From Nanobdellota archaeon (lineage in GTDB: Archaea > Nanobdellota > Nanobdellia > Parvarchaeales > Parvarchaeaceae): 64,000 nt of DNA. The DNA is taken from the NCBI GenBank assembly GCA_021817165.1, contig JAKAVT010000001.1, positions 76,236 to 140,235 on the forward strand, in the 5' to 3' direction. The translations under genes were made by a program, and so were the position numbers. Positions 19,648 through 32,700 of the stretch are shown here, piece after piece; within the stretch, counting starts at the first letter, position 1, and each line of letters begins with the position of its first letter. The notes below the pieces were generated by a model, which saw only the letters and a program-made list of their open reading frames with translations, was not told the DNA's origin and searched no databases.

Positions 19648-19926
19648 TTATTCTGCGTCTGGATTTTCCTGCTCTGATTGCGAAGTCACTATGTTCGATA
19701 TTATGAAGATATCCCCTATCGCTCTTACTAGACTGTGCTGTATGATGGCTCCTTTAGCCCCTTTTATCATTTTTGACAGGTTTGACGATGCGCTGGCCCT
19801 TATCCTCCAGCTGACTATTCTATTGTCCTGAAGGATTGCTTCTTCTATCTCTCCGAAGTAAGTTCCATTGTCTGTGTATACCTTTAGACCGTAAGTTGAT
19901 CCGACGCTCTTTAATTTTAAAGCCAT
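19648..19926 (-). CDS. Stand-alone PRC-barrel protein
   Basis: YGLKVYTDNG.YFG.I...V.AIGDIFII pattern, 92 aa. Confidence 0.8.
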   Translation of the reverse strand: MALKLKSVGSTYGLKVYTDNGTYFGEIEEAILQDNRIVSWRIRASASSNLSKMIKGAKGAIIQHSLVRAIGDIFIISNIVTSQSEQENPDAE

Positions 19927-19976
19927 AAATTAACTTGGTTTTTTTAGCTTAAATAGTTTAAACAATGGAAAGCTTT

Positions 19977-22028
19977 TTAAACAAATATCTTAAAATCAGT
20001 CGCAAATAATTTATCTTTTAGCAATATTATTGGATTAAGATCTATGTCTTTTATGCCCTTATTTGCCGCCATAAGCCTGTCCAGTTTTAAAAGATAGTTT
20101 ACGAGTTCATCAAAAACATTTTCATTTGCAAATTCTTTTATTATAGTTCCTAATTTTGACGACTTTAATTCATCGATGTCCTGGTCGGAAATAGGTGAGA
20201 GAAGGAACTTTGTTTCGTTTATCTCATTGGCGAATATTCCGCCCAATCCGATTGCCATCATGGGCCCGAACTGCGGGTCTCTGTGCGCTCCGAGTAATAT
20301 CTCCATTTTGTCTTCGCCGAATTTATTTACGTCTTCATAAAGCCCAAACGCTGCCTTGTTTATTTTCTGTTCCTTTATTATCTTTGAAAGCTTCATGAAC
20401 GAATCCTCCAGTGCTTTTCTGTCTTTTATGCCGAGTATCACTGCTCCGACCTTGTTCTTATGCGCAAGGTTATTCGACTCTATCTTTAAGACGCAGGGAT
20501 ACCCTATTTTGTCTATGCCATTTTCCAGATCCTTCCTGGAATTAAATTTCACGCCTTCTACGCTTTTTATGCCGATAGAATCAAAAATTTTCTTTGCATC
20601 CATCCCGAAAATGTCGTTCTTCAGCTTAAAGTCTCTGTACCTTGATTTCTCCTTTCCTATCCTTTTGAAGGTCTGCAGCCTATGTGAATAATACGCAAAC
20701 AGTCCCTTTATCATAAAAACGGCTTCGTTCGGATATTCATATATTGGCATGTTTCTTTCAAGAAGGAACCGTCTTGCCTTATCAACCCTCGCTCCTCCGA
20801 GGAAAACGGAAAGAAACGGCACGGATGGATGCCTTTCATGGGTCTCATATATTTGTTTTGCCGTTTCTAAAGGCTGTGACATCTCCTGTGGTGAAAAAAG
20901 TATTATTATGGGCTTGTTCTGCTGCACAAGTATCTCCAAAGTATCCCTGTATCTTTCCGGCGTTGCGTCTCCCACCATATCTACAGGATTATGTATATTA
21001 GCTTCTTTTGGCAGCGACTTTGCCAGTTCATTTAAAAGTTTGTCGTTAAATTTCGAAAGCTTCAAACCGCTGCTTATTATGTGATCTGTCGTAACTACTC
21101 CTGCTCCACCCGCATTCGTAGCGATTATAACTTCATCCGAAGTTATTTTTATGTTTGGGGCATCCCTCATAAAATTAAACAGATCATCTATATTGTCAAC
21201 GGATATGGCCCCTACCCTGTTGAAAGCAAGCTCGTACGCTTTGTAATCACCTGCCATCGATCCCGTATGCGAAGAAACGGCTGTTGAGGTTGATTTGAAT
21301 TTACCTCCTTTTAATACCAACAATGGTTTTTCCTGCGAAAAGGACATGCTCGCCTTGAGAAATTTTTCTCCATTGTTTAGTCCTTCAAGGTAAATGGCCA
21401 AGACCTTTGTCTTTTCATCCGTCTTTAAACCTTCTATTATGTCTGCTTCGCTTATGTCCGTAGCATTTCCTATGCTTATTATCTTGCTGAAACCAATGTT
21501 GTTCGTAGACGCATCGTCTACTACAGCACTTAGCAATGCTCCGCTCTGAGAGATGAAGCCTGCGTTGCCCTTGATAACCTTTGAATTTGGGTCTAGGAAA
21601 GTGGCATTGAAATTCGGATCCGTGTTTATTATGCCTAGGCAGTTAGGTCCTATTATCCTTATCTTTGCCTTTGACAGGAATTTCTTTATTTCCTCTTCTC
21701 TTTTTGTACCTTCACCTCCTATTTCATTGAAGCCTGCACTGAGTATTACTGCCAGTGATATTTTTGCTTTTTCGCACTCTCTTAAAATGCTTAGAACAAG
21801 CTCTGCGGGAACGGCAATAACCGCTATGTCTATCTTTTCTTTCACGTTCACTACTGATTTGTAAGCCTTCAATCCCTGCAATTCGTCTACAAACGGATTA
21901 ATGGGAAATATTTTGCCTCTAAAAGTTATTATAAGATTCTTTAATACAGCACTGCCCACTTTATTTGGGTCCCTTGAAGCGCCTATAACGGCTATGCTCT
22001 CGGGCTCAAAAAATCTTTTTATATCCAT
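19977..22028 (-). CDS. ADP-forming acetate-CoA ligase, alpha-beta fusion
   Basis: IAVIGAS, IIGPNCLG, SQSGA, SHTGS phospho-His, C-terminal ATP-grasp (HKNKVGAV, DLNP). Confidence 0.9.
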   Translation of the reverse strand: MDIKRFFEPESIAVIGASRDPNKVGSAVLKNLIITFRGKIFPINPFVDELQGLKAYKSVVNVKEKIDIAVIAVPAELVLSILRECEKAKISLAVILSAGFNEIGGEGTKREEEIKKFLSKAKIRIIGPNCLGIINTDPNFNATFLDPNSKVIKGNAGFISQSGALLSAVVDDASTNNIGFSKIISIGNATDISEADIIEGLKTDEKTKVLAIYLEGLNNGEKFLKASMSFSQEKPLLVLKGGKFKSTSTAVSSHTGSMAGDYKAYELAFNRVGAISVDNIDDLFNFMRDAPNIKITSDEVIIATNAGGAGVVTTDHIISSGLKLSKFNDKLLNELAKSLPKEANIHNPVDMVGDATPERYRDTLEILVQQNKPIIILFSPQEMSQPLETAKQIYETHERHPSVPFLSVFLGGARVDKARRFLLERNMPIYEYPNEAVFMIKGLFAYYSHRLQTFKRIGKEKSRYRDFKLKNDIFGMDAKKIFDSIGIKSVEGVKFNSRKDLENGIDKIGYPCVLKIESNNLAHKNKVGAVILGIKDRKALEDSFMKLSKIIKEQKINKAAFGLYEDVNKFGEDKMEILLGAHRDPQFGPMMAIGLGGIFANEINETKFLLSPISDQDIDELKSSKLGTIIKEFANENVFDELVNYLLKLDRLMAANKGIKDIDLNPIILLKDKLFATDFKIFV

Positions 22029-22096
22029 ATTATACTATGTTGGCCCTAAAATTTAAACGCTTATAAAACCATGATTTTATGGTTAAATAACTATTA

Positions 22097-22513
22097 TTAA
22101 ATGGTTATTTCATCCCAGTATACTTCCTTATCCTGAACCGCCTTTTTTACTGCTTCTTCGTTTTTATTCAATTTTGCATTTCCGGTCTTTATTTCTATGA
22201 ATTTAATCTTTATTTTCCCGGTTTCGCTTAGATTTGAAAGGCCTTCAAATTTTATGTAGTCTATAGGATTGCCTAGAAACCTTAAATCCGAAAGATCTCC
22301 CTCCTTTTCGTATAATATTGGAAAAAGCTGCTCGCTTATTTTTCCTTTCAGTATTGGCCTTTGTATGTTAACCGTCTTTTCAAGTGCCTTCTGCATTTCG
22401 TACTTCTCCCACTGTTCTATCTTTCTCTTCAAAAGATATTTCAACACAAAAAAAGAAATCACAGAAACTGTTATTAATCCAGCTACCAATCCCCAAAAAA
22501 ACGCGTATTCCAT
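22097..22513 (-). CDS. Membrane-anchored Holliday-junction-resolvase-like endonuclease (Endonuc_Holl type)
   Basis: N-terminal TM, GKISEQLFP, RFLGNPIDYI.F.G, FIEIKTG. Confidence 0.8.
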   Translation of the reverse strand: MEYAFFWGLVAGLITVSVISFFVLKYLLKRKIEQWEKYEMQKALEKTVNIQRPILKGKISEQLFPILYEKEGDLSDLRFLGNPIDYIKFEGLSNLSETGKIKIKFIEIKTGNAKLNKNEEAVKKAVQDKEVYWDEITI

Positions 22514-22542
22514 GCAAAATAATGGAATTTAAACAATAAAAA

Positions 22543-22614
22543 TGTCGGGGATGGGATTTGAACCCATGACCTCCGCCTCATGAGGGCGGCGTACTACCGC
22601 TGTACTACCCCGAC
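22543..22614 (-). tRNA. tRNA with CAT anticodon, probably elongator Met; no intron
   Basis: GTCGGGG/CCCCGAC-A, CCGCC-CTCATGA-GGCGG, ATGGG-TTCAAAT-CCCAT; lacks initiator A1:U72 and the GGG/CCC anticodon stem. Confidence 0.9.
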
Positions 22615-22651
22615 TTTATCGTTAATATCTTGTCTGCAAATATTATTATTT

Positions 22652-23140
22652 TTATCGTTTATAACCAATGTCCCTTAAAAATTTGTGTCTTTTTTCCTTG
22701 TCAGTTTCATTTTCTACGCCTAAAGGCTTCTTTCCGTCTATAACTCCTATTATTCCCCTGCCATCTTTACCATCATCATATACCAAAACTTTTAAGGAAT
22801 TTGCAGTAGCAACATAGATATTTACGACTTCCATTACCTGCTTGATTCTATTCAAAACGTTTATTGGATATGCATTTTTCAGCAGAATCACAAAAGAATG
22901 GCCCGCACCTATCTTTTCAGCGAATCCGACCACTTTCTTTATGAGTTCCTCGTTATTTCCGTCCTTTCTTATTAATCTGTCCCCAGAGGCTTCATTAAAA
23001 GCTATACCAAATTCTATATTAGGAAAGGAAGTTATCAATGCTTCATATAGATCCTCGACGGTTTTTATGAAATGAGTCTGTCCTATTATTATGTTCGAGT
23101 CTTTATCTAAGCTTATTTCTATTTCAGATACTTTCTCCAT
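22652..23140 (-). CDS. Adenosine-specific kinase family protein (DUF355)
   Basis: NIIIGQTHFIKTVEDLYE, FGIAFNEASG, GAGHSF, YPINVLN, ATAN, GVIDG. Confidence 0.88.
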   Translation of the reverse strand: MEKVSEIEISLDKDSNIIIGQTHFIKTVEDLYEALITSFPNIEFGIAFNEASGDRLIRKDGNNEELIKKVVGFAEKIGAGHSFVILLKNAYPINVLNRIKQVMEVVNIYVATANSLKVLVYDDGKDGRGIIGVIDGKKPLGVENETDKEKRHKFLRDIGYKR

Positions 23141-23189
23141 AACCTATCATATAATCTATATTTAATAAATTTAATTACAGGTTACATGC

Positions 23190-23747
23190 TTATATATACG
23201 GGGATGGACCAAAGCTTATTGTCTGCAATATTTTATTTAATGCGGAATCGCTTACATTTACAAACTGCGAAAAAGGGTCACTTATAAATATGGCTGTATA
23301 ATAGCCGCTTGGGCCAAATATAAAAGCCAAGGCGTATGCTATCCTTGCTTTATCTGCCATCACCTTTAAACCATTGTATCCTTTTACTGAAATGTTTTGG
23401 AATGAATAATTAGAACCATTGAATTCACTATAGATTAGGTTATAAAAGTATCCGAAGCTCTCATTCGTCTTGTTTTGAATTACACTTATAATTACGGAGG
23501 TGTTATGATTATAATAAAACCTTATAGAATTATAATACTGCGATATCAATAGGCCCGTTGTGTTAACAAGATAAAAATCGCTGCTGAAATTAAATGACAA
23601 TGTCGGAGACGAAAAAACATGAGACAAATTTTCCTTTTGTAGGAATGTCAATGCAGCCGTGCTTTTTGCAGGCTTGTTAAGCAGCAAAAAGGCTATAATT
23701 ACTGCTGCTATTATAATCAAAATGATGATAACCATTTTCGTTTCCAT
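23190..23747 (-). CDS. Membrane-anchored secreted protein, last gene of the surface operon
   Basis: ATG at 23747 (METKMVIIILIIIAAVIIAFLLL) directly after the stop of the giant gene; beta-rich body with N-glycosylation sequons. Confidence 0.75.
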   Translation of the reverse strand: METKMVIIILIIIAAVIIAFLLLNKPAKSTAALTFLQKENLSHVFSSPTLSFNFSSDFYLVNTTGLLISQYYNSIRFYYNHNTSVIISVIQNKTNESFGYFYNLIYSEFNGSNYSFQNISVKGYNGLKVMADKARIAYALAFIFGPSGYYTAIFISDPFSQFVNVSDSALNKILQTISFGPSPYI

Positions 23748-23748
23748 G

Positions 23749-26700
23749 TTAAGCAAACGTATTACATGATACTGTATAATAGAGATATATGCTTTGTCCA
23801 GGATATAAGCTGCCACTTGAAGCATTCGCCGTCCAGACATCTGCACCGATAACACAATCTCCCCATGCCCCAGTTATTGGGCTATTAACCGACCATGAAT
23901 CCAGCGATGTTGAGCTGGAGCTCGAAAATGAGAATTCCAAGCCAGTTTGGCCATTAGGAAGAATCACTCTGTTATTGCCCCAATTTTGTGTCTGTGAATC
24001 CCCGTTAAATATGACATTCTCAGTGTATCTATTACTTGGCAGTGGAGATTGTGTCCATATATAGAAATACGTATTACATGCCCAGCTGGAGAAAGTATAA
24101 CTATTGCCTGCAGTGGCAGATATACCCGTAGCTGTACAGGAAAGACCAGAAACAGATGCATGGGCAATGTATGTGCCTTGTCCTGTATCTAAGGTTATAG
24201 ACGAACCTGTGCCGGCTGAACCTTGTTTTCCATCGTATGATACTGACCAAGTATACCCGCTAGGCAGATTACTTTCATAAAATGTAGTAGCACATGAAAT
24301 AGACGCAGAAAATGATACTGAAACAGGAATACCGGCAGTGTTTTTGCCAGCGGGAGAGTTATAAGACTCTGTACAGCCGCTTGACGGAGTAGTTTGCGAA
24401 GCGGATGAAGACCAAGAGAATGATCCAGAGCTTGTGTTGAAGGTTATTGAAGATCCTGTAGAGGTTTCTTTATTATTGTCATAAGTTACGGACCATCTAT
24501 CTCCAGCCGGTAAACCTTTTTCTGTAAACGTAGTAATGCAATAAGTCTTTGATGAAAAGTCTATATTAACAGATGACCCTGCCGACAAAGAGCCTGAGGA
24601 TGGATCCGGACTGTAGGAAGTAGTGCATCCATTGGAAACCAGAGAAGTAGCGCTTACCGAATATGAAAGAATTCCTGCGTTGGTTACAAACGTTATAGTC
24701 GAGATAGTTGCCGTCTTTATAATACCATCGTAATCAACGCTCCATTTTTGATTGGTTGGCAGACCTTTTTCTGTAAACGTAGTAACGCAGGTATTGGAGC
24801 TTAATGAAAACGTTATACTCTGGTTTGTTCCGGCTATAAGATAACCGGAGCCTGGGGAAGGTTCATAAACTTGTGTACACGCAGCCGAAGTTGTTTTAAC
24901 GTTAGAAACATAAAATGAAAAATTGTCTCCAAATCCTCCAGGATTACTAGTTATAAATTCTATTGCTAAATTACTGTTTGCGTTTACTGTCCCGCCGGAA
25001 TTAGAAGCTAAAGGCGTTGGCATAGACGTACTTCCGATTATATTGTTGTATGTAACGTTCCAATTTAATCCTGAAGGCAAGCCATTTTGTTTAAAGTAAG
25101 AGTAGCACGTAGTAACACCAGCAAATTGTATGTATGTGGTTGTGCCAGAGGTTACGCTTCCAGACGAAGGCGTTGGCGTATACGTTGTATAACAGTCGGG
25201 GGTTGCAGAACTGTTGGACAATGTATAAGTTTTAAACGCATTTTTACCAGTCGAATAGAAGTAGATACTGTTTGCGGAAGAACTGCTATTAACTCCATTG
25301 TAATCTAGATACCATTTATACCCTTTCGGCAGACCTTCTTCAATAAATGTAGTCTTATTAGGCTGCTGCAATGTAAGTATTGAACCAGTTGAGTAGTTTA
25401 TCTGGTATACTGGTGTAGGCACAACTTCATAACTTTTTGGAGAAACTAGCAAGGAATAGCTTATGTTCCAGATAGTCGGAAGGTTATACGCTAAGTAATA
25501 CTGTGAGCTTATGGTGTAAGTCTCATTTCCAGGAGTTTGATACAGACAGTTTACTATGTATCCGTATAGCTGGCTGTTTATCGGATTGCATTGCTGGTCG
25601 GAAGTAATGTTAAAACTCCATTTTCCACCGCTGTAAGTTGAGGTAAACGCCCTGCTATTGCCATTTGAACAAGCACTGTTTAGATTAACAGCATTTCCAA
25701 CGCTGTCGAAGACAGAAACCGACGGCTGCGCTTCATTTGTGGAATTTCCTATGCTGTAAAATTGCAATGAATGTAAACCTTCGTTTAAAGTGCCTAACGA
25801 TAGGAAAATTCCCTCTTTGTAACTTGACGGAAGTGTAGTACCAGAACACAACTCTCCTTCCCCCAGTCTGAAAATACCATCACCGCTGACATTGAAAGGC
25901 GGGCCGCAATTTCCAGAGGTTCCTCCCGTAAATAAGCTTAAGGCGTAATCTAGAATGCTGCCGTTAGTAAATCCTGGTATGCCGCTTACTCCAAGTGAAG
26001 GGTTCTGAAGCATTAATAGATTCAACATATCATATGAATAAGCTGCAGAAATCGACAATGCTTTGCTAGGAAGATTGGATTCAAGTAAAGAAGCAGGCAA
26101 CAAATCTGTAAGTATGTTGTTAGCTCCTTCTATTTGAGATTCCGACAGACCAGAAAGATAAGCATCTTTTACGGAGTTTTGCTGTTTGCTGTTAGGTATT
26201 GAAACGTTCAGGTTATAGTTATTTCCAATTACTCCCAGCCCTATGCCAAAACTGCTTGAATTAACGTACTGCATTTCATAGGAAGCCGTAGTTGAATTTA
26301 GGATTGGGTTATGGTAAGCTATGCAGTTATCTTGTACGGTTGGCTGTAAGTATCCAGCTTTGTTAAACGGATTGCAGCTTGTCGCCTGTCCTCCAGTTCC
26401 GTTTCCGTTTACAGTGGTCGTTTTAATCGTTGTGTTTATCAATGTGGTATTTGTGACAGCGCAGTTGTTATTCTTAGAAATGCTCAGGCTGTAGCTTGAC
26501 AATGACGTTTTCTGGCTGCATGCGGTTATGGTGCCCGTATAACCTGTCTGGCAGGAATAAAATTCCTGAAAACTGTTTCCAGATTCCTTAGTTATTGTAA
26601 TATCAGGATTTGCAGTTACAAATGAATCTCTGCCCGCCTCGCACCCACCTACTTCTGCAATACCCGCGGGATTTGTCGTAGTAACTGGGTTTATTGATCC

Positions 26701-29700
26701 TGCGGTTGAGTATGGTCTCCAATTCCACCCATTCAATACATTATTGTTTATAACGTTGGTTTCATTTCCGCAGACGTAATCAGATATTAATCCAGTGGTT
26801 TCGGACTGGGAGCTATTTATATTGAGATGTGTAATGGCCGTTACAGCCGAAGTCACCTTGAATGAACTGGTAGAAACAGCGGAGCACTCTGCAGTTATGT
26901 TGTATGCTGTTGAGTTTATCTTCGCATAAGAAACGCTTGCAGAACATACTCCGGAATTTGCGTTGTTTGGATAGCTGCATGAGGCTAATTCGAATTTCGA
27001 GCTATTGGTCGCATTTATACTGCAGTCAAAAGAAGGAGAAAAGGCAGAAGTCGGCGCATCTGTTGAATTTATTATGACTTTTGAAACCGAAACGCTTAAC
27101 GAAGAAGCGGATTTATACTGATAGTGATAATTTATGGCGCCATCCGTCGGTGCACAGCTGTATGAAACTCCATTCAATGCACCTAGATAACAGCCACCAC
27201 CGAATGACTGGTTACCATTTTTGCCTGCCGGGAGGGCTTCAAGGCTTGAATAAGAGCCATTTGAGGGTATTATTGACACTGGTTTTGTGCATGTACTATA
27301 ACTTAATATTGTGCTGTTAACAGAACAGCTGTTTATGAAAACTCCACCTGATGGACTGTAAAGCATTTCTAATCCAGTATTGCTGGCAGAATGATTTGCA
27401 ATGTAGTTTTCTCCAGTATTTGATGGAGTGTACGTTTCCTCTTTTCCATTTAAATAAAACAAAGGAGGGTTTGAGGCAGCAAGACTAGATGGAATTTGGC
27501 AGGATGCATATAAAGTACCTATCCCATTCGTATAATTTCCAGGTTGGTAAGCAAACCCAACTAACGAAGTTGAGTTCATATTTGTAGTTGAACTTAGCGG
27601 AAACTGAGGGGTATATGACGGAGTACCACCGTAAACGCAATACAGCTTTTCAGGAGTAAGCACGTTGGCAGAGGAGATGTTTATAGCAGTGATCTTGTTA
27701 TTGCTAAGATCGATTAAATTAGAATTTATATAAGTATAGTTTATGCATTTTGTTAGTATATTATCAAGAGTGCTTACATTGTAATATACCGGACTTATTG
27801 CGCTAACATTTACGCTGCTGTATGAGCTGTAACCCACATTTATTGCTGGCGGCACATAGAATACATTGTGTTTGCTATCCTCCAGAAAAGAGAAATTTGA
27901 TATCAATTGATTCTGTACTTTGAAAGTTATTGGGGAACCCTGTGCGGATATGGAATCAGTTATTACTGGGGAATTGGCATAGAAGCAGTACATACTGCTT
28001 ATCGACTGCGAAGGAGTCATGGTCTGATAAATTTTGTTATTGGCGTAGTTTATGCTTCCAAACCCTGTTTCCGGGAATTCAACGGTTTGTGAAGAAGAGT
28101 AGCTTACGGTGAAGCAGTCTTCAACCGGCCCAGTTATAGTCTGGGATATAGCAGCAGAAGAAGTTGAAACATTGTTAAATAAAAGATTGCCGAGCGATTT
28201 TCCGCCTGCTGTAAAGGAATCCACGCACGGTCCGAAACCAGACTGGCAATTGCTTATAAGATCTGCACTGAACAAACTGGTAGACAGCTGAACGGTGTAT
28301 TGGGAACTATTGTAGCTAACCCAATTAGAATTATACGTAATTGAAGGGGAGTTGCTTTCGAATACCGAATATCTATTGCCACCGTATCCAATGAATACGT
28401 AATCGCAGGACTGCGCGCCTGAAGAAAGTACTTGGTAAGGGATCTCCGCATAAGGATACGGAGTTTGAGTTACCAGCCTTATATTATTGCAGCCTCCAAA
28501 ATTATTAGGAAGAGTAAACTGTATCGGCCCATTTTCTATTCCGTTATTTGGAACCGTTAAATTGTATTCCGCCACTGGAGAATCAGAAACGGCTGAAGCT
28601 CCAATAAACAAAAAGTTTTTGGAATTTAAGTTATAATTTGATGGCGAAATAAATGCAGATTCGGGTATTAAACTTCCGTTATTGTTATAATCAAATGTTA
28701 TGAGTGCATAGGACAAATTGCAGCCTGCTGGGTATTGCAGAATGCCATTGTAAACTACTTTATCATTTATATTGCAGCTGCTTTGGGTTTGGGATATTAT
28801 GCTAAGATCTTGCGTATTCACAGGAATCCCGTTTATACTGATGTTTAAAACGCCCAGGTTAGATTTTTTACTTATGTTTTGCATTGATAATCCAGATTGG
28901 ATATCCCCGCTGCCAAGATATGCATTGTTAGATTTATTCGTGAATACGGCTCTTAAATATGTAAAATCACTATTCAAATTGCACATTATCGTGCCATTTG
29001 GCAGGAAATATTCCCCGTTTCCTATTTTGGTAACTCCCAAATTACCTGTATTGTTATATTCGTTTACTATGTTGCAGTTAAATGGGGTTCCATTTATGTT
29101 GTAGAGATATAATGTCGAATTGTAAAGCTGTCTGCTTAAAGGAACAACTGAAAAAACTAAAGCGATTCCATTGTTAATAGTCGCATTTATCGGCAATGTA
29201 ATCATAAATAGTCCGTTTTTAGAAGGCTTTGAAAGCGTTTCATTCGCTGCCATTAAAACCGTCCCGCCGTAAGTTTCATTCGACATGTTTAGATTGGAAT
29301 TGTTGTACATGTCGACAAAGAATGGCCCGGATTTCGATGAAATGGTTATGTATGAATCGTTTATTACAGCATTGCTCAAACAGGAAGAAAGCGATGCACC
29401 TGATTCAAATGTGGCGTTTGTAGACGTTGATTCGCTGTAGGAGCACTGTAGCGAACCTTTGCTTGTCAATGAAAATGTAAATGACTTATTTGAGAAGGTT
29501 GAATAGTTAACCAATGTGTCCGTTCCAACTATCCTTAATAAGGAGGGGTCGCTTACCATCGTATTTGAGATAATATTGAAGTTAAGCGAACTATTTGGAA
29601 GGGAAACAGGAAATGAAGACACAGACGAATTAAGAGAATCGTACACGCTTGAGAGACCATTGAAAAGATTGCTTTCACTTCCACTGCCGAAATATGCAAA

Positions 29701-32700
29701 AGCTTCATAGTTAAAATTACCCGGAGTCTGATTAAGAACAGGCTTCTCAATCTGGAATGATGAAAGAGCAGGAGTATACTGTGGCAGATTATTGTAATTC
29801 AGCGCTACTTGATCAGAATACGGCATGAATAAAATCCCAGTCCAGCTAGTTATTAATACGTCACTGGCTTGTTTTTCGTTATCAGAGTATATGCTGTTTG
29901 ACAAGGCATAATTTAAATTAGACGGTGAAACTATCTGTTTAGACCAGAACACTCCGAAATTCTGTACATTGTCTGGAGAAGCAAAACATGAAATTGAAGA
30001 ACCCTTTAGCTTGCTAAGAGTTAATTTGTAGGAACCGCTGCCGTTTAAAACTGAAACTGAGGGGTTTACAGTTACATTTAATGCATTTGAGGTGGAATTA
30101 AAGGCATTTACATTAATAGACAGGTTATCATTGTATATGCCTATTCCTTTCATTGGGGAATTTGAAAGATTAAAGTTATAACTGGCAAGGTACTGCCATA
30201 TTGGAGACGCCGCTCCGCTTCCTGTAGTTATTATTTCATTGTTGTGAATCTCAGAGGAGTTCTGAGTAGACGATGAAACAAGCGGATTCACTATAACCGG
30301 GGTGCCGGGATTTAATAGCGTTGTCTTCGGAGAACTTCCAGTTAAAGTATTCCACGTAACGTTAAATGTATTTCCGAAGAAAACGCTTAAATTGTATTTT
30401 CCTGAAAGCAAAGCTTCAAAGAGCGCCATTGGAACCTGAAAAGTAAACGTTGCTGTACCGTTTGGCTCTATTACAGGAACATTTGAATTTCCTGAATCTG
30501 AATGTACAAGCAGCGTATTGGAGGTTCTTATTACATTGTTGGGCAAACCCGCTCCTTTATCATATATCCACATCCCAAGCAATGAATTATTAAATGGGCC
30601 GTTTTCATAGAGCTGACCGGCTGAGAAGAGTGATTCTAGGGGAATGGGATTTAATGGATAACCACTGTCAAAAACATACATGTTCGTGTCAAAGTTATTG
30701 TTATAATCTACCTGTATAACTCCCGTTGTGGCGCTCATTGATGATAGGAAATCCTGATATAAGTTGTAAGTTACTTCTTGACTGTTCTGTGAGTTGTAAA
30801 ATATCGTGCTTATATTGTTGTTCCCGTATAAAGCCACAAGATACGGATTTGTTATGTTTGTATTTCCAACATTCTTAACTGTTATGACTAGATTAATAGA
30901 AGATGAATTAGCATTGAATGATGGACAGCCAGTGCTTACATTCTGTAGGAATATTGTAGAATTAGCTGTTGGATTAGATGGATCTTTCTGTCCTCCAAAT
31001 GAACCGCAGTAATTTCCAGCGTCGTTTGCGATGTATATTGAATTTATCCATGCATCGGTTACATTTTGCGCGTGTATCCCATTTGATGTGCATTTTATAT
31101 TGCTTGCAAATATCCCATCCTGGAAATTTAAATACTGACTTGCGCTGTTGCTGAAACAATTTGTATTATTGAAAAATGCATTGCATGTTCCAATTGCACT
31201 GGTATAGTTTTCAAGCGAAGTAGGGGGTATGATCCGGGTATAGCTTGGAGAAGTGTAAACTCCGTCGTTAGTGTTAAAGTTTTCCCCATAAAAGCAAAAA
31301 CTATCCAAGGCGGTCAGTGTAAAGTTATTTTCATCAGTGGTGCTTGAGTAACCTGGAGAAAATGTAGTGTCGTATAACTGATTGTTCTTTATGTTATTTG
31401 ATAACCACAATCTTTCATAAGATACATTGTTTATAGTTGCAGGATCTTCGAATGTGCAACTGCTTAAAGTATTACCAATTGTGGAATTCCATGCGCATAT
31501 TGGGAATATTGCATCCGTTCTGAATTTAACGTATGCTCCGTTAGCATAATTAGGATAATACGCACCTTCTAGATCCGGAGAGGTAAAAGTATCAGCACTT
31601 TGCGAACTTATTGGATTTTGGCCGTATCTTAAGCATGACCCATGTGGCCCCAGCTCTGTACATGTAGTCTCGGTTGATGAAACGGTAACAAGAGAAGCAA
31701 TCCCTTTGTTTGAAACGTAAATTTCAACGTTTGAGGTGTTTGACGGACTATAATAAGACATGTATAATGGCGTTAAAAAACCAGTTGAGACATTCAGATA
31801 CTGAATATCCCCTTTATTCCCTTTCGGAAACTGAGCATAGTCTACGGATGGCATTGTATAATTAAAAGCCGGGCTTATTGATTGTATCTGATATGCTAAA
31901 AGTGAATTAAATGATCCCGTCCACGGAGTGCCTGTCAAGGAAAGCAAATGACCAAAAGAATAATATGCACCAAAGCCGTTTTCATTTGGAGAAGCTAGGA
32001 AAACTGAGGGAGTAAAACCGCTTAAGGTGGAGATATTGTATAATGTGCCGATGAATCCTGGATAGTTAATATAATTATTTATGAATGTAGACCCGCATGA
32101 AACGGCAGGTATTATCAATGTACTTTTCGGTATGTTACCGGTTAGATCCTGATAACCCGTAAAAGAGTTGTTTATGGCGTATATGTAGCTGTTTCCATTT
32201 TGGGATAACCCAGAATAACTGTGTATAGTAGAATCGCTCCAGTTTATAAAGTTCTGGTAAGGAAACTCGGAAGACGGCAATTGATAAACGTTCTGTGAAG
32301 TGCCATTGCTCGTTGCCGAGTAAAGGTTCGAATAATTTGTGCCGCCACTGTTTGGAAATCCGCTGTCCCCTTGTGGAAAACCAAGATAACCTACTAAATT
32401 GGTAAAAGTGGAGGTTTCCGGCCCACCCCCGCATGAAAAGAATGTAAAAAGGCTTAGACACAGGTGCGGAGCCGCTATCTGATTTACTGCACTGCATGAA
32501 TAACTATTTGAAGAAAAAGATACATTTCCGGGATAAAATTTCTCATTAAACCAGAAATTACTATTATAAGAAATCGACGAAGAAAAGACATATTCATTTT
32601 TGGTTATTAGGCTTGATGCAGCGGAGATTCCGCCACTGAATGATACCAAATTTGAAAATGGATTAGGACTGCCATTCACAACGCTGGTTTGTAGCGGGGA

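Noticed and set aside
22543-22614. CAT-anticodon tRNA as initiator Met or Ile2
   Set aside because: It lacks A1:U72 and the GGG/CCC anticodon stem of initiators, and its acceptor stem resembles elongator Met more than the Ile tRNA here. Ile2 is not fully excluded.
24514-24785. 23-bp direct repeat at 249-bp spacing as a possible CRISPR
   Set aside because: Only two exact copies, spacing is a multiple of 3 and far too long, and they are in-frame protein repeats. No cas genes are present.
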